From positions 372,001 through 436,000 of the forward strand of contig NC_081332.1 of the NCBI RefSeq assembly GCF_022539665.2: 64,000 bases of DNA. Reading direction: 5' to 3'. This DNA is from Daphnia carinata (Eukaryota). The notes under the pieces were generated by a model, which saw only the letters and a program-made list of their open reading frames with translations, was not told the DNA's origin and searched no databases. Each line of letters begins with the position of its first letter. Positions within the stretch are counted from its first letter, which is position 1. Shown piece after piece: positions 11,905 to 23,017 of this stretch. The position numbers and the translations under genes were made by a program.

Positions 11905-14342
11905 AATCTCGATACTTCGTGGCGTTGCCGTAAGTTGTATCGTGGATTCGTCATTCTAGTGTGTGCAAGATTAGTTGGTATAGGATCGGGGAGATTCGGT
12001 GCGATGATTATACAATTTTCCGTTTCTGCTGCTTGATGATGCAGATGACAACACGGTCTCCGGACAGGCATTCTTTCGTTGTTAATGAAGTTTTTTCTTG
12101 GCCTGCCTGGTCCTCGTCGCACTTTCATTTTTTGGTTGTTGTGGTGCACCAGATGATCTTTCTGTTCCTTGGTGTCCCGGGACGTAGAGTTTTAGGCGGT
12201 TGACATGTACTATCGATTTTAGTCTTGCATTGTCTGCGTTCTCAATCTCGTAAGTGAGATCTGAGAAATTTCTGATGATTTTGAATGGTCCATTCCATCT
12301 GTTGATGAATTTTCCGGCAGTTGGTGGAGCTTTCAGTAGCACAAAGTCACCGATGTTGTATTTGATTGCTTTTGTTCCTTTGTCGTAATATCTTTTTTGT
12401 TTTGTCTGTGCCCGAAATAGGTGTTCCTTCGCTAGTTGCTGAGCCTTCTTCCATTGATGTGAGTACATTACACTGGTGTCTTCGTATGTTTCGTACCGAC
12501 GATGACGACTTCCGCGCCGTCTGATTCACGGGGTTCCTGTACGTTGGACTCCGCTGAATCCGCTGATTGAGGTAGAGTCTGCATCTGAGCCAAGACTGCC
12601 CCTATACCGTATCCTGAAGCATCTGTGTAGATGATAAATTCGCGCGTGAAATCTGGATACCCTAGGATAGGTCTAGTTATGAGACAGTTCTTGATACAAT
12701 CAAAGGCGTCCCTTTGTTCCTCTCCCCATTTCCACTCGGCTGATTTTCTCGTTAGTGCTGTCAGTGGGTGGGCTTTATCAGCAAAAGCCCTGATGAATTT
12801 TCTGTAATAGCTAGCCAACCCTAGAAATGAGCTCAATTCTTTCACGTTTTTGGGAGCTGGGTATTTGATGATTGCTTCTAACTTTTTTGTACTAGGTGTT
12901 ATTCCTTTTTTCGAAACAATATATCCTAAATAGTCTAAGTCTTCTTTGAAAAATTCGCATTTCTTTCTTTTTAATTTTAGTCCTGCGTCTTTAAGAAGCT
13001 TAAACACTGCTTCTAGATGTGTCACATGTTCAGCAATATTATTACTGAACACTATGATGTCATCCAGATAAACCAATGCAAACCTGAACAATACTGATTT
13101 CAATATGTTATTCATTGCTCGTTGAAAAGTGCTTGGTGCATTTGTTAGTCCAAATGGCATTCTATTAAATTCGTATTGTCCAAGTTCACAGATGAAGGCG
13201 GTTTTGTGTTTGTCGCCTTCTTCTATCTCGATCTGCCAGTAGCCACTTAGTAAGTCCAATGTCGAGAAATAAACTGATCCGCTCAATGCATCAATGGTGT
13301 CGTCAATTCTTGGTAATGGGTATTTGTCCTTTACGGTTATTTTGTTAAGTGCCCTATAGTCAATACACATACGCATCTCTCCATCTTTTTTGGGAACCAT
13401 TACAATTGCTGCTGCAAATGGGCTGTGACTTTCTCTAATATTATTGTTACTTATCATTAAATCTATTTTTGTTTTGACAATTAGTTTTAATGCTTCTGGT
13501 GTTCTGCGCAATCGTTGTGTAATCGGGGCATTGTATCCTATGTTAATGGAGTGCTTTACATCAGTTGCTAGACCCAAATCTGATTCTCTTTCTGCAAATA
13601 GGGTTTCGTGTTTTTTCAATAGATTTACAATTTTAATTTGTATCTCGTCGGAGATGTTACTCGCTTCACTTTCTTGGGTTTGTCCAATTCGTTTTGATTT
13701 TTTGTTAATTTCTGATTGGGAGAAAGATTCTAGGCTGCGATAATCTGCTTCTGTCAGATCGTTGTTGTAGTTACTATCTGACGAACGGTCTGGGAGGAGT
13801 GGAATATTAATACCTGTCTTGCCAAAAGTTATGCTGTATACTGGGAGTGTGTTTTTACCAAAGCTATGTTCTTTTCCGTAATGATCGTAATTGATCTGCC
13901 TGTTTTTAGTATTAATTTTTACATTGTTGCTCGATAAGAAGTCTAATCCTAATATGGAAGTTTCGTTCAAGTTTTCCATAATAAAGGAATCATGCTTAAT
14001 GACGTGATTGGTGTTAATGGTGATTGAAAATCCATATTTTCCTTTTGATTTTAGTATTTCTCCTGACACCGTTCTAAATATTGGTGAAGGGGAGTCTTTA
14101 ACATGTTTAAGTTCTTCATACTCCTTTAGATTAAGAAATATGTTGTCTGAAACTAAACTGGCTGCTGCTCCTGTGTCTACTAAAGCCTTAATTTCTTTTC
14201 CAAAAATTCTAATGGGTATACGTATTAGTTTGGGTATCGCTATTTCTAAATTTTGTGTTGGAGGGTTGTTTGGTAGGGATATTGTGTTTACTGCATTGGA
14301 CGGTGGTTCTGGTTGTTGATACGTGCCATATCCGTCCAACAT
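11901..14342 (-). pseudogene. pol: Gy1 pol (PR, RT, partial RNase H, integrase C-terminus) with ~1.4-kb internal deletion
   Basis: LVDTGA, MCIDYRALN, YLDD, YTDAS; at ~12497 RNase H joins the integrase tail, whereas the second copy has ~41372-42797 in between. Confidence 0.92.
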
Positions 14343-16483
14343 TCTCGCGCAATGTGCCCTCTTTTATTGCACTTGTGGCAGATAATAATTCTATTTCCTA
14401 GGTTGTCAGTGGTGTTTGGTTGATTTTGTCGTGGCTGTGGGTATTGGTGAGTATAGGCTGGGTTTTGATGATACACCTGTTGATTGTTATGTGGTTGAAA
14501 GTTCGGTCGATTGTAGTGTATCGGTCTGTTGTTGTACGGGGGTCTCTGGGGTGTTTGCTGGTAAGTTGGGTAATTTGATTGCCTATATCCCGTGGAGGTA
14601 CCTTCTCTTCTTGGTGAAGTATAGTTGGTGCGGTATGGGCTGTTGTCTCTGCTTCGATTGAAGTTTCGGTCACTACTGGAGCCTCTGCTATTCGGTCTCT
14701 CGTGAAATCGGACTCGCGGATTTTGTGGTCTGGAGTAACGATCACTTGATCGCGAAGATCTTTGCTCGTATTGATTTGTGGCTGCTATGGTTATATCGGT
14801 ATCCTGTGACAATTCACGGTTTTTATTAGTATTTTCCAGTTCACGTATTTTTTGTTTTAGGAATTCGATTTCTGTCTTTTGTTGTGAAAGTTCGTTATCT
14901 TGTTGTTTCTCGTGATGCGTTATCCCTGCGATTACCGCGTTTATTTCTTTCTCTTCTACAGTCTCCTTGCTATATAGGATGCCTTCGGATATGATAAGTT
15001 GTTTACATAACTGATCAAAATCTTCGGGGTCTTCGGGCATTCTGAAATAGAGCTCTGCTCTGAATTTTGGTAAAATGCCTTGCATCAGAATTTTGATTTT
15101 GGTATAATCTCTCATTCTTTTGACTGTGTTTATGAGTCGGCCTTCGACGATGGTTTGGTTTTGGTCAGATTTTTCTTCTTTGCCCTCAATGGACTCGTAG
15201 AGACTGTTGATTCTTGAGATAAAGGCTTTGCATTTTTCTTCAGGTTTTTGTTTTAGTGTGGATAACTTTTTTCTTTGTGCTGCTAAGTCGTATGCATCCT
15301 GGAATCTTGCAATAATGGCAGTTTTCCATTCTTCATAACTTAACTCGTCACCTTGCTCTTCTACGTAGTTTCCATGCCATTCTAGGGCGTCGCCTTTTAG
15401 TCTGTCAGAGAAGAATCGTATTTTTTGGTTGTCGTCCCAGTCGTTGTTGCGTGCTACATGTTCGGCGTCCTTCAGCCATTCTGTTATTAATTTATCAGTA
15501 CTTTTCCCTTTGAAGATTGGAATTGACTTTTTGTCTTCTCTTGAAAAGAATTCTCCTAATGCTTTTACAATTGGTTGGGTTGTGGATGTATCGTTGTTTT
15601 CTTTCACTTTCAAGTTTGCTAATTATTTCTTGCCCTTCTCTCTCAACAGCTATGATATTGTCTTCTTTTTTTCGTAAAAGGTTTTGTAGTTGGTTTTCTG
15701 TTGCTGTGGCACTTTCAAGGCTTGTTTCTAATTCGCTGATTCGATTGGCAGATTTCTCAAGCGAGTTTTTTAGTGTTTCGTTACTTTCTTGGAGTTGTTC
15801 AAGGTAGCTACTTAATGTGTATTTGGAACTCTTTGCCTTTTTCTTGTTGCTATCTAGCTGTTTTCGTAAGCTCTGTAGCTCAAAATTGAGGTCAGACGAA
15901 TATTTTTTCTCTGTTATCTGCGCAAGTACTACTTCTCTTTGTAAAATACGGCTGACACCTAATAGGAATTCTTTTTCTTTACCATGTACAATGCTAATTT
16001 GCTGCAATAAACTGTCAAGGTTTTCGGTGTTGCCACCAAGGGATTCTACGTAATTTTTAAGTGTCTTTGCGGTGTTTGTAATAGTTTCTGCGGTTATACC
16101 ATTTGGTACTTGCAACGATTGTTCTAACAACGTATATCAATACAATTGTAATGCGTTGTGGGTCTCTTTAATAATTTCTTGTTTCTTGGATTCTATTTGT
16201 TGGATTTTTCCTTTTGTCGTGGTAGTCTGATAGGTTTTGTTTTGTCTTCTTTTGAAATTGAATAGTCTTAGAAGACTTAGAATTTGAACAAGAGTTCAAA
16301 TTCTAAGTCTACAAGAGTTTTCCAGTGGTCTAAAATTTTTTCTCGTTGACAGTTGGGATTTTGGTTGATTGTGTCTGATTCGGGAAGTACAGGGTACAAT
16401 GGTGGAGATAATTTGTCGACAATGTTTGGATACAAGGTATTCTCTTCACGAGTAGTCTCTGGTACAATATGATCAAGCGGCAT
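14288..16483 (-). pseudogene. gag: Gy1 gag (coiled-coil N-terminal region, capsid-like domain, CCHC knuckle), frameshifted
   Basis: 14288-15613 has IPIFKG..., RLKGDALEW and CHKCNKRGHIAREC; upstream pieces 15495-16130 and 16277-16483 are probably the broken N-terminus. Confidence 0.85.
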
Positions 16484-16607
16484 TCGCTTACCTTTGATGG
16501 TGTTCCTTGGTCTGGTAGAGTTGTTGGAGACTCATCGGGGAAGTGTAGAGCACAATCACTGAAATAAGGTACGGGTAAGAAACTTTGTACTGGACAACAA
16601 GTGTGAG

Positions 16608-16624
16608 TCTCGTTGGGACCTCCA
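16608..16624 (-). promoter_or_regulatory. Gy1 primer-binding site (tRNA-Gln type)
   Basis: TGGAGGTCCCAACGAGA 2 nt after the 5' LTR, complementary to the tRNA-Gln 3' end. Confidence 0.8.
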
Positions 16625-16626
16625 AT

Positions 16627-16828
16627 TGTAAAGTTTCGAACCTCGTGTATTACAGTAGATTGTCGTAACAATTCCGATTTTACAAGGCACAAACATGCTG
16701 TATTTATACTACTAACAAACACACAAAATGAAGGTAAAATGGGCGGGGATACGTTCACTTTCACTTGTGAAACGCTCGAGGGATGTAAAGGGCGTGGCTG
16801 TCTTTGGATAGCCTTTGGGCTTGTTACT
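16627..16828 (-). repeat. Gy1 5' LTR
   Basis: Direct repeat of 5336-5537; terminal base differs (AGTAAC vs TGTAAC). Confidence 0.96.
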
Positions 16829-16926
16829 AGTTAATGTGTTTTTGCTTTCAAGGTAGAGCCAGTCTCAGGGGCACAGGAGAAATGGTTCAAACGTTGACTT
16901 AAAGAAGGGGTAAGTTTCTACGATAC
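16829..16926. repeat. Array A spacer remnant between the two proviruses
   Basis: Matches 31435-31532. Confidence 0.95.
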
Positions 16927-17679
16927 TGTAAAGCATCTTCCCGTGTGGGAAGATGAATTTTACGGAATTAAGATAATAAAATGATATTGAACTCAGAGGC
17001 GTTTTTACCCACAATGACGTCTGTGTTTATTATAGCTAAGATACAAGAATTAAAAAGATAAGAGAGCAACAGATAAGAAGGAACATTTGAGGAAACAGTT
17101 AAAAGAAAGAACAAATAACCAGGGGGTCTTACCGTGAACTCACGAGTGAAAGAATGGAAGAGAAACGACACAAGGCGAACTTGGAATTCGGCTTCTACAC
17201 AAGCGGTACACGACAAGAGTTCAGACACTTTAGAGTGGACAACAATGTCCGAAAAACTTGGGACGAGAACGAGATTTTACTCAAGGTTTAAGTATGGAAA
17301 CATTAACTAAGACACGATACTACTCAATAAGGCAAGGAAGATAGGCTTAAGGCAACTACTTGTCTCGGCTGCAACTACTTGTCTCGGCTGCAACTACTTG
17401 TCTGATCTTCATCAATAGCTGGGTTCATCACGAAACTTTGCATCTTGCAAAAGTGGCGTGATTGGGCGGAGCTTGTGTAACTCACGCGTGCAGCCAATCA
17501 GAGGATGCCGTTCGATGTGGCGTGGTGTTGGGGCGTATCGTCTGCGTGAGTCAGCTGCAGGTGTTCATTTGGGTCAGCTGCACTGCGTACATAGTGTTGC
17601 AATTGTCGTGCCCAGACTTGTATTCACTACTGAAGCAAAAGCGAGAAAAAGTTAAAGTAGTATATTCGGCTTCGTTACA
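16927..17679 (-). repeat. Gy2 3' LTR
   Basis: Direct repeat of 29659-30384; contains ~3 copies of a 19-bp unit GCAACTACTTGTCTCGGCT. Confidence 0.96.
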
Positions 17680-17712
17680 TCACTCCCGGCGGCGTGAGAT
17701 TACGTCCCGTAA

Positions 17713-19410
17713 TCAGAGTTGATGCATCGGAATGGATTCGGGAGCTGCAGGTCTTGGATCATCGGAAAGGCGGCAGCATACAGCCCAGATGAAGGTAAAA
17801 AGACCGCAAGCGTAACATATGCGTAAGAAAAGTAGTACCAAAAGGCATACTATGCCGATGAAGAAATAACTCGTGATGGTGTCCCACCAAGATGTAGAAG
17901 TTCCAACGCTAGCCGATGTCACTAAAACACTCGACGCACTGTATTTGTGGCGCAACGTAAATTCAGGTGGAGGATGTTCGTTTATTGCGGCGATTATATC
18001 GGCCACAATGTTCATATGGTTCAGCATATTGTCAGTGTACGCCGGGTTACTTCAATGCTCATAATCGAAAAACTCAACATTCTCATACCGAAAAGAATGC
18101 GCAAGAGTCTGTTCCGGTAACACAATATTAGCTTCGATCGGCTTCCAGGTGTCGTTCCGGTACGCAAAAGGTTTGTCATTGAAATTAACAAAACCATTGG
18201 TCCAGTAACAAGGGGAATATTTCACAAGTTCCCATCCGTCGAGATTAATAGTATAATTTTGAAATTTTGGCTGCGGTCCGCAAGATGTCAGTACAGTTTC
18301 AAATGTAACATTTAAAGCCTTACATTGAATCAACACAACCGTTTTACCAAAAGCTTGTAATTTCGCACACTGTGGTAAATTTAACTGCGAAGCCGCTAAC
18401 CATCCGTTATATTGAGCAGTTGTAACAGCCCTTTCGTGTTTGGCTTTGCGAGCTTCACATTGCACTAGTCGAATTTGTCTGGCCAATTCATTTTCATGAT
18501 CAGTAAGTTGGTCTCGAATATATTGTATATTCGCGGGTACATTTAAATTTTCGTCGCTAGATGGCTCTGGGGCCTCCAAAAGCGCTGTTAAATTTTCCAT
18601 GATGGCCGCCGTCGAAACGGTGAGTTTTGATTGGCCGATGACTTCAAACGACGAAGTTCTATTGGTGCATTCGTTTTGCAGTGAGGCACAGCGTTTTATA
18701 GGAGTTAAATGAAAATCAAGTTGTTTGGCATCGTCTTGTAGTCTGAAAGTTGTGTCGTCTGCTGTTATTCGGACCAGTGAGCCTATTCCATCTTCCACCA
18801 ATCGGGTACTCATTTTAGTTTTTTTAGTGTAGGTTTTGTCCCAGATCAATGTCAAATGATTATGAGATAAATTTCCAGTGGTAGCAGAAGCCGTTCCGAT
18901 AGGTGTCGAAAAGTCTCCGTCTTCATGTTCTTGAAAAAGTTGGATTTTTTCGAGAACACAATTTATAATTTCGGAATCAATCGTCTGCAACCAATATCCA
19001 AAAATCTCAGGTTCGCGATCAAAACCATATTTATCGTCCGAAAAAGTCATACGATAATCATCACATCGTTTATGGTTAATCATATCGTTGCACACGGCGG
19101 GCGACGTATCAATTGGAATTTTATCCGGCACTATCACCAATTGACCGAAAAAGTTCATTGTGATGCGGCGTATATTCTTCCATCGGGCGCAAACATAACC
19201 GGGAAATTTAGCTGCGGCACGTTCTTCACTATAAATTGCATATTTCACCGTAACGGCCCTGTCATCAGGCGCAATTGGTTGACAATTAGCATCGGAAAAT
19301 TGTAGAATTCCCATTTTGGATGTTTCCGAACAGTCGCATACAGTCGTTTCAAATGCCTGCGGGTGTAACCCATAAAGGCATAATAACAGCATAAATGGAA
19401 GCAGCGACAT
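17713..19410 (-). pseudogene. env: Gy2 env-like class III-type glycoprotein (one frameshift near 18055)
   Basis: Signal peptide; TVCDC...GIL; motifs shared with Gy1 env (ENELA, NG.LAA, CG.QP, DGW, C.W); TM in 17713-18027; acceptor TTTCCATTTATAG before the ATG. Confidence 0.88.
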
Positions 19411-19976
19411 TTTCTATAAATGGAAACATAGGGTGAACATCATGATCAAGTCAGCATCGGATAATAAAGATAAAAGCATAACATCACGTCATGTGGGTTT
19501 CTTAAAACTAGATAGCGAAAAATAATAAAGAAGATAAAATAGTAAGCAAAAGCGGGGAGTATGTAAGACGGCAAGGAGAAAGGTCAACGATCTTCCGTCG
19601 GCTTTTCAACAATTGCCGATGGTCGCGAGCGAGCAAAAATACGCATATAGGGCATGGAAAATACGCTTCATTCGGGATAAAAAGTGAATATTTTTGTGTA
19701 GTGATTGGTGTCATTAAAAAGAAGAAAGAATAACCACAATGATGCAAAAGAAAAATCATGGATAGAATGTATCGTTTAGGCAGGAGAGTAAAAAGATGCA
19801 TGAAATAATTTTAACGACTGAAAAAAAACACATGGTCAATTTTCATTTTTGGGCACAACAAGGGGCGGGTACAGATAGGGCAAACGGCAAGTGAAACACG
19901 AGTAAGGGGAAAAAGGGCGCGCTCGGTAGGCTTGAAGGGTGCATTTTTCCTAAGCTCAACGCAAGGCGTAATACAG

Positions 19977-20109
19977 GTGCTAACAGCTCAAAAGGTAGAG
20001 CGATCAGCTGTGATGCTGGATGTTCGAGGTTCGAATCCTTAGTAGAACTAGATAACTCATCCATCTACGAGTGTGCTATACTACGCAAGGTTATCATTCA
20101 TTGTTTTTT
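19977..20109 (+). ncRNA. Degenerate tRNA-like putative Pol III cassette inside Gy2
   Basis: D-arm GCTC-AAAAGGTA-GAGC, T-arm GAGG-TTCGAAT-CCTT, then GATAAC...GTTATC stem and T6. Confidence 0.5.
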
Positions 20110-20779
20110 GATAAAAGAAACGACGCGAAGACTAACTTTTATTTTCTAAGTCCAACACATGAGAAATGGTATAGAGAAGGAAATAAAAGGGCGCTAAAAA
20201 GGGGAACGAACATCTGGGGAAGAAAGAAAAAGCGGCTTGTGCGAGACAAGGGACATTTGTCGCAGACACAAGAGGTTGGGGTAAAATAGGCGTAAATTTC
20301 ATTTAAAAAGGTCTGTAAGCTTATGAGATATATGGGCCATTGATTTATTTTATTCTATATGCGCGAGGGATCAAGGAGAGGACGAAAAGAGGGGAAAACT
20401 TTGTTAAGAGGGAAGAATCTCAAGGAAACCTACGTTAAAAGGAGTATTCTGGCGCAAAAAGAAAAAGACAAAACAAGACTTAGAACTGAACTTAGAGAAT
20501 TTACTGTAAAATAAGGCATACGCTAACGCGGGTAGTTACTTTGATATCTTCCTATTCTAAGTGTAGGTATATGTTTTTTTGTATCGGCTTATAGGGTCTT
20601 TTTTTTCTTATACCCCTTTCCCTTTCTTTTACCTGACTTTAGATTGTGAGGTGGTTCATATATAGATATATATGAACAAGAGCATGAATAGTTAGTTTCG
20701 GCCTAATTTATTCGGTAAAGGGCAAGAACAGATACATACAGGCATGAGTGGATGTGTAAAAATATAAATCAAAGTCCTT

Positions 20780-21154
20780 TTAATTTTCTTCTTGCGATGG
20801 TGGACGGCGGCTTGTTGGGTCCAAGTCGAGAATTGATGCGAATACTTCTGTGGCCCTCTGCCACTCTTGCTGTTCGATTAACTGGACAAGTTCTTCCGTC
20901 CGAGTTTTTGTTAGCCGCGCTACTCTCCATCGGTTCTGTAGATGGTGCTCCATATCCATCAGCCGCCTCCGGAACGGACGTTGATTGTTGATAGAATTGT
21001 TTGCGCAGGCTGCGCTTATTGCCTGGTCGACTTCTTCTTTTGTTGAAGTGGTGCTTGTGGCTTCTTGAATCACCACGGTGTCTTTGGTACCAGGACTACG
21101 GCGAACGCGTTCGATGGTGGGCAAACGCGGTTGGCGAAAGTGGTTTCCGGCCAT
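20780..21154 (-). CDS. Gy2 small accessory ORF (124 aa)
   Basis: ATG-initiated; shares a W..A......ILDL.P..R.PP C-terminal motif with 22434-22874. Confidence 0.55.
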   Translation of the reverse strand: MAGNHFRQPRLPTIERVRRSPGTKDTVVIQEATSTTSTKEEVDQAISAACANNSINNQRPFRRRLMDMEHHLQNRWRVARLTKTRTEELVQLIEQQEWQRATEVFASILDLDPTSRRPPSQEEN

Positions 21155-21624
21155 CTTTAGATTGGGAATTGGTCAGCTTTCAGTTTGGTGCTACTGTTCG
21201 GCAGCGTTGATGAGTTGCGAGTGTGGTCCCGACGTCCGAGAAGTATTGACTTATATAGTCAAGCCTTCTTCCGTAGTTTTTTGATTCGTTATTTTCTGTT
21301 AAAAGTTCGAGTTCAACACTAAGTCTCTTGAGGTGTCACCCGATTGTTTCAACAGGTGTCAGCTTTCTTTGTCGTTGGCTTGGGGGGGTTTATTTATTGC
21401 TGTGGGGGGGAGTCGGATAGCGTTCTTCCAGTGGCGCACCACGGTTCATTTTTCTTCCATTTCTTTTACTGTTAAGTTTTTTTACTACTGTTTATTAATT
21501 GTTGATAGAGAAAGAAGAAAAAGTGAAAGAAGAAATGACGAAGTGCAGTGCTTCTGCTAGAGAGTAAGGTTGATTATGGATAAATTGGGTATATCAACTT
21601 GAGCGGGATGTGGAGTATGGGTGT

Positions 21625-22147
21625 TGGGATGTGGCATAATACTATAGCTTCTGACTGTCACTCGGGAGTCTTAATTTCGAATTACGCCGTGACCTTGACT
21701 AAAAATTTACTGGTAGATTCCTCAGGAGTTGGTGAGGTTAACTATTCCCTAATTACTATTCTGTGGGTTGATTGGCAATAGATATTAAACTTTTTATTGA
21801 TCCTGTTTCGAATTTTCTAAAATTCTGTGTATTGAATTTGGTATTCCATATAGTCATATGGCTAGATGGTATAGCTCTCGACCACGGCTCGGAAGTGCCG
21901 GGTTCAAATAACGCTGTGATCTTAACTAAAAATTTTCTGGCAGATCCCTCAAGAGTAGGCGAGCTAATCATATTCGCAATTATGCTACTGTGATTGAATT
22001 ATTATTGACTATTTTATGTTTCATTTCTGGTTGGGTTTGAAATGGCTTTTATATTTATGCTAGGGTAGACATATGTCTAGACGCCATAGCGACTCAGTCT
22101 CGGAACACCACTCGGGAGTCTCGGGTTCAAAAACCGGCTCGGCTGCC
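21625..22147 (+). ncRNA. Three tandem degenerate tRNA-like (Asp-related) cassettes inside Gy2
   Basis: Units ~21625-21694, 21852-21921, 22063-22147; TCTGA-CTGTCAC-TCGGG arm; A-box TGGCTAGATGG; GGTTCAAA B-box; units 1 and 2 share 3' tails. Confidence 0.5.
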
Positions 22148-22433
22148 GAAATTCCCATTCCGTAATTCCCCCTTTAAACTTTTCTTTTCTTTTCTTTTGA
22201 ATTTTGTCTTACGTATAATGAAAAGCCGGCGGAGATTTTGTTTGCGTCCTACTGTGTTTATTTTATTGTTTGTTAAGATAGAGAATATAATGTGAAGAGG
22301 AAAACAAAATGGTTTGGGATAGAGCTCTATTCTAAGGGGAATAAACACATGTTCCTACTGGGTGAGAGTAACTAAAAGGGGTTGTCGTTGTTGTCGGTGT
22401 CCTTTTTTTTCGTTTCTTTTCTTCATGGTGTGT

Positions 22434-22874
22434 TCAACGGGAAGTGTTGGGGCCATCGCGCCTCTGACGTTTCCGGCCAGTGTCCCACTGGTCGGGCGAC
22501 CAGTTGAAAAGAGGGGGGTGGCGCTTAGCTGGATTCAAGTCTAAAATCAGCTTTAGGGTGGTGACAGCGCCTCCCCAATCTTCGGCGAAGAGATCCGCGT
22601 TCAGCTGACGGGTGAGCGCGGCCGTACGTTCTTCCACACGGCGCTCGTAACGTTGACGTTCCATCTCCCACGATTCCATGTCGTCGAGCTCCGGGGACCG
22701 AGGCGTCTGGCTGACGGCGGTGGTAGTTTTTTCGGGCACCGGAGTCCAATCGTCGTAGATTGGGATGGCCACCATGGGTGCCATCGCTTTTCCGGCTTGC
22801 TCGTCGGCACTTAGCCACTCGGAAGCTGCCTGGGTTTGCTGATTGATTGAGTTGGCGCACGGGTCCATCTTCAC
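22434..22874 (-). CDS. Gy2 small accessory ORF (~144 aa)
   Basis: Paralogous C-terminal motif with 20780-21154. Confidence 0.55.
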   Translation of the reverse strand: MKMDPCANSINQQTQAASEWLSADEQAGKAMAPMVAIPIYDDWTPVPEKTTTAVSQTPRSPELDDMESWEMERQRYERRVEERTAALTRQLNADLFAEDWGGAVTTLKLILDLNPAKRHPPLFNWSPDQWDTGRKRQRRDGPNTSR

Positions 22875-23017
22875 GGAAGTTTAAATTTGGAGCGCGGTTT
22901 TTGGTGAACTCGACTCAACAAGTGTCAGAAACGTTGTGAAGTCCCTTTTGAAATTTCTTGCTGTTAAATACACGTCGCTCGTTATGTGATCGTTGACTTT
23001 GTTTTGGAAAAACGCTT

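Larger units (their letters stand above)
5336..16828 (-). mobile_element. Ty3/gypsy provirus Gy1 (gag-pol-env-ankyrin ORF), defective
   Basis: 202-bp LTRs at both ends, 4-bp TSD AGTT (5332-5335 and 16829-16832), PBS, PPT, PR-RT-RH-IN order. Confidence 0.96.

Noticed and set aside
14288..14364. Slippery site for Gy1 gag-pol
   Set aside because: The frames overlap in -1, but I found no canonical X XXY YYZ heptamer in the overlap.
16608..16624. Gy1 primed specifically by the tRNA-Gln of the host array
   Set aside because: The PBS has three mismatches to the array's Gln 3' end and fits canonical tRNA-Gln better.
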